DNA of 63,872 nt, counting the filler, from Choristocarpus tenellus KU-1152 (taxonomy: Eukaryota; Protista; Phaeophyceae), in assembly GCA_964200185.2 (NCBI GenBank). It is 16 parts of 16 records of this genome, joined end to end, with 100 filler letters (N's around TTAATTAATTAA, not from the genome) between each part and the next. Parts side by side here need not be neighbours in the genome. Positions count along the whole stretch, not along the records: positions 25,054 to 28,706 come from CAXNAD020018707.1; positions 28,807 to 33,085 come from CAXNAD020015320.1; positions 33,186 to 36,187 come from CAXNAD020023018.1; 13 more parts are not named here. The stretch is one strand, 5' to 3'. The notes under the pieces were generated by a model. That model was given only the letters and a program-made list of their open reading frames with translations, searched no databases and was not told where the DNA came from. Both the position numbers and the translations under genes were made by a program. Position 1 is the first letter of the stretch. The number at the start of each line of letters is the position of its first letter. This document shows positions 25,054 to 36,287 of the stretch, piece by piece.

Positions 25054-27997
25054 GGCCGGTCCGGGGCTGCTTTTTGCAACGCCCCGTCGGCCCCCCCCCC
25101 CCCACCCCCCCCATTGTCACTTTGTCCACTTCCAGCACTGGCCCCACTGTTATTGGCAGCAGCCTCCAATCCCAGAATGTTACGCGCCTTCCCCTTAACA
25201 TCTCGCCATCCAATCATGGCCTCCATGTTACAACACACCTGGGAGGCGGTGCTTGTCGGTGGGTAACACCTCCCGCAGTGATGACCTATCCACAACAACC
25301 CAACCTCCCCCAGACATATTGAAGTCAACCATCCACCGAAGGGGGGAACGAAACATCCGCCTTGGGAGGATACGGGTCCGTGGATGATGAAGGGGATCAA
25401 TCCCAACGCAATGGGGGCAAGGCATGAAAACAGGGCAGGGGAAAAAGGCAGAAGAGAGTTCGGAAAGCTGGAGTTCGGCATGGGAGGGGCAGTGTACGGA
25501 CCTACATCAGGATTAAGACGAGATGGTACGTGTGTGAGAGATTAAGGGAATCAATCGAATGCCTAGTTGTCCTGACCATCATGGAGACATAATGACGTAC
25601 AATGCAATGGGACATATCCACCCCTCTCGAGTGTAACCTATTCAAAGAGCAATTCAGCAGATACAACGCATTGTAAAAAAAAAGAGATAATAAAAGTAGT
25701 TGAACAAAGCCACTCTGTGTTGTTGCATGGCTGGCGGATATATTCACAGGCATCTCTTGGTCTTGAGGTGAGCGCACACAATGGCGTGTCACGAAAAACG
25801 CAGCGTTCTCATCACCTGAGCACAAACCTGCTGCACTCAAGAGCGTTTGGTGGCTTGAGGCTCCCATGTAAGGGGTCAGAAATATACTACCTCAGGGTGG
25901 CAAGAGTGAGTAGTGTAATTGGGACATTCGGCAGCATAACACAATGCCAACATCTTCTTCTTATCATATTGTAGCATCAAGTTTGCCTCGACCGCATCAA
26001 GCTTTCAATACGAAAAATTCAAAACTTGATTGCAAAAACAAAATAATGTTTTAGTGGTCAAAAACAGGAAAATGAAGACCTTGTTTTCAACACACATCAA
26101 TGAGAGGCCTTTCTCACCCCCCCCAAAAACAAACAAACAAACAAACACATCCGCCGAGGGAAATGCCTCCCAAGATAGTGAAGGTAAAAGAATAGATGGT
26201 AACAGAGAGGCGGATCGTCAGAGCTGAGCTACTTCAAGACAGCAAAAAAGGCGCTGTTGTCGAGAGTGACTTCATGCACATTGGCAGGGTATTTCGGCAG
26301 CAATATGAAGGCAATTATGAAGCTATTGGGAGACCAATTCGGCAACAAAGGCTGACAACACCATAGTTGGGATCCAGGTGTGAGCTCACCAAGGACAGAA
26401 AGTTAAGACTGCAAGGGCATCAAAATGGGGGAGCTTCAACGCACCACGATGCATCACTGGCGATCAAAACTGCATCCCCCTCTCAAGGCTACCCGTTGGA
26501 ATGTATGACAACAATTGGGAAGCGTTTGGTCATCAAACAACCCACTCAGGGTGCAATCCACAAATTGTTCTTGCGTTTATACTGATTCAAACTGCAATTA
26601 CATTGTCACCCAGAGGTTGTAATACATCATGTGCGTCACACACATTGCGTGCAACATGCCTGTTGAGTTCATATCTCACATAGTACGACAAAAAATTTCA
26701 CTAATGCAAAGCTGATAGTGTTCACTTCAAAATACCACTTCATAGAAAGCATTTAAATTTGTGAATTAAAAATATGATCTAACTCTGTTGTCTCACTTAA
26801 GAAATCAAATCAGACAAAAGGGAACATTATTAACTATGAAAATAATATCATCGGGTCCTGATAGCATTTGCCTATTTCAAGCTGTTTGATACTTCTGGAT
26901 AAGGTGGCCATAAACCCAGAACCAGATATTATTCTTGGCAGCTAGATACAAGGCCAGTCAAACTACTTGAGTAGCTGAAGGAGGTTTGTGTGGAAAAAGA
27001 AATCAAAATGGAAAAATAGATCCCATGTAAGCTAAAATCCAATGCATGTTTAACCTGTATTAGGTCAAAAATGTCCGTCATTGCCATCAACTCAACCACG
27101 AGTCACACATATGCTTTTGGCAGAAATTGAATTCCTCTGCTCACAGGAAGCATCCAGATAACTTCAGTTCAACCTTTTTTTGCCCTGGCTCACAAGAAAC
27201 CCCACTCAAAAGATACACTTCTTGCTTCGACCAGCTTCTATAGAGCAGCACAAACACCTCATATGCCTGAGCGACTCCGCATCTATGATTTGGGCATAGG
27301 TCGCACCTGTGAAGGTCCTGACCCTGGCGGTAGTACATCACCGGCCTCCTAAGATCTCTTATCACCTTCACAACTACCCCCTCCCCCCACTTCTCACGAA
27401 GCTTCTCTTCCAACCTTTCCTTCACCGCCTCACACATGCCCCCCTCGCTTCCTTGCCACCCCTGACCGCGCGACTCCTCATGCCCTTGCCCCCCTGGTTC
27501 TTCCTGTTTCTGATAGGTGGGAGCCGGAAAGAAAAAGCAGTACCTAAAATCATCTACCCTGAAACAAAATTTGAGGTTGGTTTTCGTGACTCCCCACAGG
27601 ATCACTTCCGAATCGAGCGAACCCGACTTCAAGACTGTCACATCCAGGACCATGAACGACAAAGTGCCTATCTCAGGCCCTTCAGGTCGTGGTAGTACTT
27701 TCACAACGCTTGGAAGGTCAGCTCGCCTCCTTTTCGTTGGTCGATATACCTCCATGGTGCACACCCACTGAATGTTAGGTAGGGCAGCAGGAACACCCAC
27801 GGCAATATACCTCTCTCTAGTCGGCGTCTCGCCTGAGGGACTTGAAGAGAGTCTTGCGGCTCCTAAACACCATGAGAGCGATGGGGATGATAACTCCTAT
27901 TGTAATGACTAAGCCCGAAAAGAAGAAGGGCCATGACAAGTAGGTTACCGCTTTCAGGGTCATTGTTACCACTACGTCTAGACGACCCAATCTCCAC
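25054..27997 (-). CDS. Partial gene: divergent family-B DNA polymerase (PolD1-like N-terminal region)
   Basis: Phase-compatible exons 27997-27949, 27862-27307, 27237-27174 and 25238 to the contig edge. LSFMVLDV..EVILWGVTKTNLKFCFRVDDFRYCFFFPAP...LEEKL...VVKV..LRRPVMYYR parallels the Pol delta 'lFGVT..G.SV...VhgF.PYFy..aP...K.simyY' segment. Catalytic domains are not in the window. Confidence 0.6.
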
Positions 27998-29019
27998 CTA
28001 GACACCCAATGACTCCAAAAAACAAGACTCGAACAAGAGCGATTTCTACCCCCAGATCTTCAGCTATTGACCTTTTCACCACGATTTTCTAGCACGTTTC
28101 AACCTCGCAATAACCCTGGGTCTGAAGAGGTGACTAGGGCGAGTTGCCTTGAAGACTCCACTCAAAGTGTGTTGTGACCTATTGTCATTCTGTTTCGCAA
28201 ATCCGTAAAATTGTGAGTTGTCAACCGATGAAGGCTTTATTTCGAACTGGCTATATTTTGAGATAATACCTCCCATTTATTGTTCCCATCATCAATCATG
28301 ATGGTCAGATGTGAGATGAAGTATAGGACAAGGAGTCCAGCAGTCAAGTGCCACTGCTGATAACCCCGATGTAGAGGGTCTCTATCTTCTATCCACAGTC
28401 AAGGTCATTCACACCATGCTTCGAGCAGAGATGTCTGTGTATGTATGTATCCTCATCCTACCCTTGATGCAGAGCCTCGCTTCTTACCCCTTTGGATATC
28501 CTCCTACGTGACTCTTCAGTACCCTTATATCTTTTCCAGGAGAGAGGCAGGTCACAGTGATGGATCAGTCAGTGAGAATCCTCCTTATCTAGTGTAGAAA
28601 AAAAGTACTTCAGGCAAGAAGTTATTCAATCCATTCCTGGCTCAAAAGTATCTGGGGGGGGGGGGGGGGGGGGGGGTGCCCTTTTGGGGCCAATTTTTTT
28701 TAGATGNNNNNNNNNNNNNNNNNNNNNNNNNNNNNNNNNNNNNNNNNNNNTTAATTAATTAANNNNNNNNNNNNNNNNNNNNNNNNNNNNNNNNNNNNNN
28801 NNNNNNGGGGTCTTCCCGCTCCCCTTCATTACGAAGAACCTGTCAGCTGTTTCCACCTGTTTCACACAACAACAAAATATAAAGGGGAACACAAGGTAAC
28901 AGTGGAACGCACTTGATGCAAGTTCCAAAGCAACTTGGATGACGTGTGCTATGATGTTCCTGTGTGTGATGTGGATCAACTGAATATCAACTGATGCTAT
29001 ACTTCTATATACTGTCATT

Positions 29020-29156
29020 GATGTGATGATGAGTTGGAATGCTCAATAAATAAATGAACACTATCAACCAGTGCAGTGCACCAATCAACAGTCAGTACAA
29101 GCTGGTAGATGTGTATCACTATCAACAAGGAACAAATGAGTAGCCTATGTTTAACA
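29020..29156 (-). mobile_element. Family D LTR 5' fragment
   Basis: Reverse complement TGTTAAACATAGGCTACTCATTTGTTC matches the start of the 19654 copy. Confidence 0.6.
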
Positions 29157-29448
29157 TAACCAACATGGTTGAAATGCGATGAAAGATGATAATGTGCACG
29201 GGTGCACATGAAACTTTACGAAAACAGGAGGTGAATTATCAGGGGATTTCAGCCTTCCGACTTGAGCTGTATACATCAATCCATCCCACTTAAAATTAAG
29301 TGAAATACCCTCTCCGTCACAAATAGATTTGAAGCCCCTGTCCCTTTGATGATCGCTTCTTCTGCTTTAAAAGTGGAGTGTGAGGATAAGAGGTTGAATG
29401 CTAGATTGGGGACAAGAGCGACAGGCGACAGACTCCAAGGTAACATTT

Positions 29449-29707
29449 GAGCCAAAGTATCTTAGAGGGTAGAGCAGCGTCCATTTGGGGGCCAAAATCT
29501 AATGTTGCGATTTTGATGTAATTTTGAAAATCGTGTTTGTTAGAAAGTGTCAGTATCCTTGTTCTGGACACACCTTTTCATAACGTATACATTTGACCTA
29601 CTCCGAAACATTTTGGAGTGGGAAAATATCATAAAAAACACCACGGGAAGCCAACCCCCAAATGGACAAACAGGGCAAGACTCGTACCCTCTAAGATATT
29701 TTCAGTC
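29449..29707 (+). mobile_element. MITE family A
   Basis: GAGCCAAAGTATCTTAGAGGGTAG...ACCCTCTAAGATATTTTCAGTC. Confidence 0.9.
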
Positions 29708-29724
29708 CTTCTCCATCAGCAAAT

Positions 29725-30481
29725 TGTTGAAACTTGAATCGAATGCATCGTACATGTAAGCAAAATGCGTAGACCACGAGTGATGAGGAATCATGGTGTT
29801 GCAAAGGACCGATAAAAGATATGTGTAGTCTATGTTGTGGATAGGTGTGATTGTGCTGCAAAGCACCGATATATTTATTCTGTTGTAACTGAGGTCATTG
29901 ATCTCTCAGTCAAGAATGATGCGATGTGAATTCAGTATTCTTGGTTGCTCAATCCAGAATGATGTCATGTGAATTCAGTGTTCTTTCATGTGATACTCAA
30001 CGAAATAAGTCCATGCTCTTTGGAGAGGCTTGTTACCTTGGCTGGCAAGGGTTTCCTCGGATGGTTTTAACTCTGATTATATTACATCCATGTGTGTGTG
30101 TTTGATATACAGTTTGCAGAGTGGCATGGGTGCAATTTGAGGGATCAATGGCAGTCACGAAAGAAATAGTAATCAACCATCAACATACAACTGTCATCTT
30201 CTGCTGATAAGAAGAAAGAGTGAAAGAAAAACAACAAGAGAACAACAGAACAAAATTGAAACAATATGTGACGCAACTCAAGTGGCGTACACTATACTAT
30301 ACTATTTGTGTGGAACGCAGAGCGACTGCTCTGTACTAAGGTGTTCTGATTGTAGTTGTTGTGGTGATGACGAACTAGTGAAAGCAACGTCCAGAACGTA
30401 ACAGACCAACCAACAGTCAGTATTGACTGGTCAAACTGTATCGTATCAAGGAACAAACAGATGAGTAGCTTATGTTTTAAC
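29725..30481 (-). mobile_element. Near full-length solo LTR, family D
   Basis: TGTTGAAACTTGAATCG at one end and ATGTTTTAAC at the other (abutted by MITE A); homologous to the 19654 and 32386 copies. Confidence 0.6.
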
Positions 30482-30745
30482 GTGCCAAAGTACCTTATAG
30501 AGGGTACAGCCGCGTCCATTTGGGGGTCAAAATCCAATGTTGCGATTTTGATGTAATTTTGGCTATCGTGTTTGTTAGAAAGTGTCAATATCCTTGTTCC
30601 GGACATAGCTTTTCATAACGTATACATTATACCTACTCCGAAATATTTATTTTGGAGTGGGAAAATGTCATAAAAAACCCGAGATAAGTCAAGCCCCAAA
30701 TGGACAAACAGGGAAAAACTCTTACCCTCTAAGATACTTTCTCTC
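30482..30745 (+). mobile_element. MITE family A inserted at the LTR terminus
   Basis: GTGCCAAAGTACCTTATAGAGGG...CCCTCTAAGATACTTTCTCTC. Confidence 0.88.
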
Positions 30746-30955
30746 ACTGAATCAGAATCGAGAGGTTATATGAGACCAGCAGGATATAGGTCTCATGTAT
30801 CTTGTGTGAACAGAGGATACTTCAAGAATGGGGATACGAGGAGTAAACGCTGCAGTGCACAGGTGAACTCCCCTGTCTTCGGGAACAAATCCCTGTCCTT
30901 GGAGAACCTGTGCTGCCACGAGATTTTTTTCTCCCTTTCGCACACATTTTTGAAA

Positions 30956-30985
30956 CCTAACCCTAACCCTAACCCTAACCCTAAC
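30956..30985 (-). repeat. Interstitial telomere-type repeat (TTAGGG) x ~5
   Basis: CCTAACCCTAACCCTAACCCTAACCCTAAC; shorter tracts near 3134, 42266 and 54620-54670. Confidence 0.85.
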
Positions 30986-31046
30986 TCGTGGGAGAAAAAT
31001 ACCCCTAACCGGCCAAGGAAACATTCTAGAAGAGGTTGTGGAGGAG

Positions 31047-31175
31047 AACTCATTTTTTGCTGACATTTCGAATCCGACACGTGCGACCAAATCACACCAA
31101 GAAAGTGAAAATCGAAAAANNNNNNNNNNGTGAAAAACGGACGCCGACACCCCTCCCCTCAGATACTTCTCCTCT
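31047..31175 (+). mobile_element. MITE family C, right half
   Basis: Matches the right part of 62633-62811 (CTGACATTTC..CACCAA..AAAACGGACGCCGACACCCCT..CAGATACTT). Confidence 0.8.
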
Positions 31176-31525
31176 TGAAAAAAGTGAAACAAGTATGACA
31201 GTGGGGGTCCCCCAAGGACAGTGGGGGCTCGTGAAGACAGTGGAGCTCCCCTGTCCACTTCAACGTTTGGCAGGGATCTGGACCAGATATATCTAATCAC
31301 CTCTTTACATACACGATAGGTGGTTACACTATGACAGCAATGCGATATATATACAGACTATGCAAAGGAGTGTTGTTTCAGTAAGTACAAATTCTCAAGT
31401 TAAGACTGTCGGAACGATAATTTTTACTGATTATCCTATCTACTTACTGCTCGATAGGCTGCAATCATTCCACAACATTGTGGGATTTGTTCTGCTCTCT
31501 TTTTGAAGGTCACAAAAGGTTCAAT

Positions 31526-32745
31526 TGTTGAAATCTGAATCGAATGATGCGTGCTTTTGTGTGCAATGGGTAGTTTATGATGCAAAGAGGTGTCATAGTG
31601 CCGCAAAGCATCGGTGAATTTGATAGTGGAGAAGCAGGAGGAATAGTGACCGTGAGCATCTGGATCTCAGCCATCTGGCGGAACTGAGATTGTGATGGAT
31701 ATGGAGTCAGTTTGAGTGGTAGTAGGTGGGAGTGGAGTAGGTGGGTGGGGGGAGGAATGTGGATGGGGCATTGGCGCAGGTGGTGACAAGGCTGGTGGTA
31801 GTGACGGCAGGGGCTGGCTCGAGCAGTGGAAGCAACCTTGGCTGGGGGGAGCGCCGTCCAAAAAAGGATAGGTGTCTGCAGCCAGGAGTTGATGATGGTC
31901 GCGCCAAGTCCTTCAAAGTTTAATCTTGGCCCAGTAGTGTCGAAGAAGCTGCTGATCAGAATCCTCGCCAGGTTCCATTGCTGACAGTGTCAACCGGCGG
32001 TGAATAGCGTGTATCACTTGTACAGTGGTCGCCTCATACTTAGCAACCAGGGCATGCCAAGCAGAGAGGTCGTCGTTGATGTTGTCGTCGCACTGCTGTC
32101 GAACACTTGTAGAGAGTCTTGGGTCGATCTGCGACAGGTGGAAAGTTGTCCTCGTGCTGCTGTCGTACATGTAGAGGGTGTTGAGCCGATCTGTGGCAGG
32201 CGGAAAGGGGTACACCAAACATTTGGTTGTGGCGTTCCTCAATCCTAGGTGTGGCAGTGATTTCAGTGTGCATTGCAGGGTGTGGGAATAGTGCTATTTT
32301 GAGTGTGGTGACGGTGGGAAAACTGTGGTGAGTAGTACATGGCCCTTTCGTCGTGCGTGGCATTCAGGTGTTGAGTCTCACAACTTGTTGAAACCTGAGT
32401 TGAATGACACGTGCTTTCGTGTCCAATGGGTAGTTTGTGATTTGAAGAGGTTTCATAGTGCCGTAAAGCACCGGTGGATTTGTTCTGTTCAAAATGAAGT
32501 CATGGCTGCTCAGTTAGAAGATGGATGATGTGTATTCGATGTTCTTCCTTGGTACAATCAAAGGAAGAAATGCATGCTCTAAGAAGAGGCTTGTTACCTC
32601 GGCAGACAAGGGTTTCCGTGGATGTTTTAACTCTGAGTATATGGTATCCAGGTACATCAGGTACACTTAACGCAGAGTGAGCTTGGTGTCTTATGAGGGG
32701 CCAATGCCAATCAAGATAAATAATAAATCAACAATTGACATACTA
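31526..32745 (-). mobile_element. Deleted Copia-type LTR retrotransposon: 5' LTR remnant, PBS-like site, gag fragment, 3' LTR end
   Basis: LTR-D segments at 32386-32745 and 31526-31625 both end ..TCAACA on the minus strand. AGTTGTGAGACTCA follows the 5' LTR, a degenerate match to the Copia tRNA-iMet-half PBS GGTTATGGGCCCAG. ORF 31913-32242 encodes AWHALVAKYE...IHRRLTLSAMEPGEDSD, typical of Copia gag. Confidence 0.7.
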
Positions 32746-33185
32746 CCTCTGTCCATAAGTTTGTACTGCGAAACATCTGGGCTTGCCAAGCGAGAACGGC
32801 ACCGACTCAGACGATAACCCCACAGAATGAAATTGGGTTGACAATCTCAGCTTTCAGAAAAGGTGGGGGTCGAGAATCATCAGGTACACACTCGAGGTGC
32901 TTCAAGCCGTGAGAGTAGGGGTCCTTTGGGGTGAGGCCAGAACTGGGCACGTCGAGGGTCACAACGGGGGCAATGGCAACCCCCCCGTTGACCCCCCCGT
33001 GTAGGAAGGGTGCCCAAGTGTCCCTAAATACCAGGGCTGCGCTTGCAGTGTGGCACGCCCTCGCGATGGTCCCTAGTGAGCATAANNNNNNNNNNNNNNN
33101 NNNNNNNNNNNNNNNNNNNNNNNNNNNNNTTAATTAATTAANNNNNNNNNNNNNNNNNNNNNNNNNNNNNNNNNNNNNNNNNNNN

Positions 33186-33255
<70 letters not shown>

Positions 33256-34531
33256 TCGCTCTTCGGATGCGAGAATGGTGGTGAGCGGCACTGCATTGGA
33301 CACACACAGCACACCTAATAAAAGACACGAAAATGTGGTGCACGATAGAATTTTTTCTTTTTTTTTATTAAACCCTGCAAACTTTTGCACAAAAACCATT
33401 GTGACGTTTGAACTACTGTGACCATTGCGATATTTGAAACATGCACGCACTGGTCATCAAACTCAACACAGAGAAATAAAAAATCCAAGCAGTTGAATGT
33501 ATCCGACGGAAAGATATCACAAGGGTTAGGATCTTCTCGAAGCGCAGCTGTTAGTTAACGTAAACGTAGTCCCCGACTACAACCTCCACGGGCGCTGACA
33601 CTTTGCTGATACTTTACGAGGACTTTACTTGTAGGGAGTCCCTACAGCACGCAGAAGAGCTAAAATGTGAGAAAGAAGACCCCCCGACAGCAACATACGA
33701 TCAAGGACCCTTGAAAAACATCCTTAGGATGATACACTTTGTTCAAGCAATGGAGTGAAAGCCAACAAATCAACAGTTGCAATGAGGTGTTACGGACTGG
33801 CAGTATATGTGGACGTCTCTACTGCTGAGCAAAGAAATTTTCTGTACAGCAAATACATGTGTGAAGCGCCAACAACCTACAGTAAGTGACCATCTATTGC
33901 AGGCATGACACATCACCAAGCTCCCATTGCAATCAATGGCTCCATGTCATTCTTACTGAACTCTCGAAATATTCGTCCCCAGTTACATGCCTTCTCTGGA
34001 ATCCTTACATTTGATCATCTGTATCTTACTGAAATCTCCACCCATTCTCTCTCTAAAAGGGTAAATCTCCCATGAATCATATGAATCGAGGACCTTTAAA
34101 TGAGAAGTTGTCGGCAAAAAATTGATCCAGAATTGTGCCGAGAGGGGGTATTCTCTTCAGCCAAGGCAGGTGCCGAGGATTTAAGCGTACTTCCAGTCTA
34201 AGCAGTGCATTCTTTCCTACACCTCTGTGGTCGTACTTGAGCCCTCGGAACGGGTCCGAAAAAAAAGATAATAATTCATCACGCCGTAGAGGAAGAGACT
34301 GTCTGACATTGTGCTACTTGCAATTGTTGGTGTGAACAAACCCTGGGGGAGGTCAAAAAATACGCATAAATATATGCTACACCAACTGTAGAATAGGACC
34401 ACTTGAAACCTATACAGTAGTACAGCAAAATCGTAGGCAACGAGAGTAATTGGAGTATGGAGTATGGCCCACCCACTCATAGAAGCACACACACACAAAC
34501 TGGCATATATTAAGTAGCTAGTATTTCTCAC

Positions 34532-34834
34532 CCTTCCTTGTGGAAGAGAGTAGTCCACCGTGTGACCTGAGCCAGTTACAGTGCAAGTCCCTTCATGACG
34601 TCGACATCCCCTCCCATGCCCTGAGCTGTTGAATGAACCCGAACCAAATGATGGTAGAGTCCACGCAGGGCACAGCAACGCCACTCCACGGGATCGCATA
34701 CTTGCATGTGGAGGCAAGGAGGATGCTACAATCTCAGCGTCTGTCGGAATTGTGGTCGCAGTTACCACAATTGCTGCGACCGCAAATTTGAGAGCCAACG
34801 ATTTTATGCCCAGTCTCCGACGCACAAAAGCCAT
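34532..34834 (-). CDS. Probable first exon of a secreted or plastid-targeted protein
   Basis: 101 codons from ATG to a phase-0 GTGAGA donor. The N-terminus is basic, then hydrophobic (LALKFAVAAIVVTATT), then Ser/Arg-rich. Downstream exons are uncertain. Confidence 0.45.
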
Positions 34835-35573
34835 TGTTTTTCCAGGTAAGTTTCTTGGGTAAGGGATAGTGTGTCCTACATGTCGAGATGTTCGGTGGAA
34901 GGGTGCGAGAAGGGAATGGGAGGAAAGAAGGATGCCGTTAGGATGTCAGGATGGGGGGAACAAGGGCATAGGGCATCCACTCACGAAGCATGTACAGTAG
35001 AAAGTGCCAGCCCTATGTCTTCTATACGCATTCGTATCAACGTTAATAGCCCGTACTCCTCGCAACTATATCTGAGTGAAAGTAATCGTCTCCATGTGGG
35101 CTGAATTTAATGCCACAATGGCACCTGTAAGGTAACCTTATCCAGCTTCATTCCACGTCAGTTCCAGCGAATCCTCCACGAGTGGTCTTCACGACTCTGC
35201 AGCAAACAATTTGCGATGTGAGGTTAGACAGTCTCCGCACCAGCACTTCTACAGGACAACTGTGCCTCCTTGACAAACAGATATGTCGAAATGGTTTCCC
35301 CTAATCTGTTACCTTGGCTTCGATAGCAGGCTCTTCCGGTTCTTGCTCGAGTGTGTATCGTGTTGTCGCGAAAGTTCAAGCAAATTGGTGCCCTTGATAT
35401 TTGAAGTTCGATTATTGAGAGTGGACTTCCACCTCTCATTACAATATAATGTACTATCAACGAAGAACAGCGACCATAATTTCAGCGAGGCCATTCACAA
35501 CGAAGGCACATAACGGTAAACCCTAACTCGTTTTCGAATTTAGGAACTAATAAAAAATGATGACACATATATT

Positions 35574-36187
35574 TTATTATTATGCCCTTTGACATTTTGC
35601 AGATGTGTCAGGGGGAAACCAATGAAAACTATATACATATGTGTATATACATCTGCAAAATGTAATAATAAAAATAAATAATGATAAAATATATACATAT
35701 ATGTTATGTTTTTGACGTTTTGGAGGTATTGGAGGGGAAAAGTTTATTCAATATCCATAGAAATATGTTCAATTTGAAGTACTACGACCTCCATAAAGTA
35801 TAAATTACAGCATTATTTATATTATCTAACAAAACTTCGTAACACTATTTTTTACACTCACGCACTACCAACACCTCATAATTTATATTATTATGTGCTC
35901 TGACATTTTACAGACGTGTTAGAGAAAAAGCCAAATCTACCTCTTAACAACCCTTTAAAAAATATTATTATTATACCCTGTTATATTTTACAGATGTGTC
36001 AGGGAAAAGCCAATTCAATAAATAATAAAATATAAGAATACCTATACCAATCATTGTAATTGCTTGGGATGTTGTTCTTTCGTATAAATCTCCACCAAAC
36101 TTTGCTAAATATGAAAGTGCACAAATGGGAAAAACATATATTATATTTATTATTATGCCCTCTGACATTTTGCAGATGTGTCAGGGG
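35574..36187 (+). repeat. AT-rich array of ~50-bp palindromic repeats separated by non-repetitive spacers
   Basis: TTATTATTATGCCCTCTGACATTTTGCAGATGTGTCAGGGG-like units at ~35574, ~35701 (degenerate), ~35886, ~35964 and ~36147; inverted partial unit at ~35649. Confidence 0.8.
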
Positions 36188-36287
36188 NNNNNNNNNNNNN
36201 NNNNNNNNNNNNNNNNNNNNNNNNNNNNNNNTTAATTAATTAANNNNNNNNNNNNNNNNNNNNNNNNNNNNNNNNNNNNNNNNNNNN

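Noticed and set aside
27817-27963. 48-aa hydrophobic ORF just upstream of the polymerase-like ORF (possible uORF or bicistron)
   Set aside because: Better explained as exon 27997-27949, an 86-nt phase-1 intron, and an exon starting at 27862 in the polymerase frame. The hydrophobic stretch is the intron's pyrimidine-rich sequence.
33186-33254. Poly-G tract giving poly-Pro ORFs
   Set aside because: A homopolymer at a contig edge, likely a sequencing or assembly artefact or an expanded MITE G-tract.
35574-36187. Bona fide CRISPR array
   Set aside because: Spacer lengths are very uneven, repeats are degenerate, there are no cas genes and the context is eukaryotic. Kept only as an unexplained repeat array.
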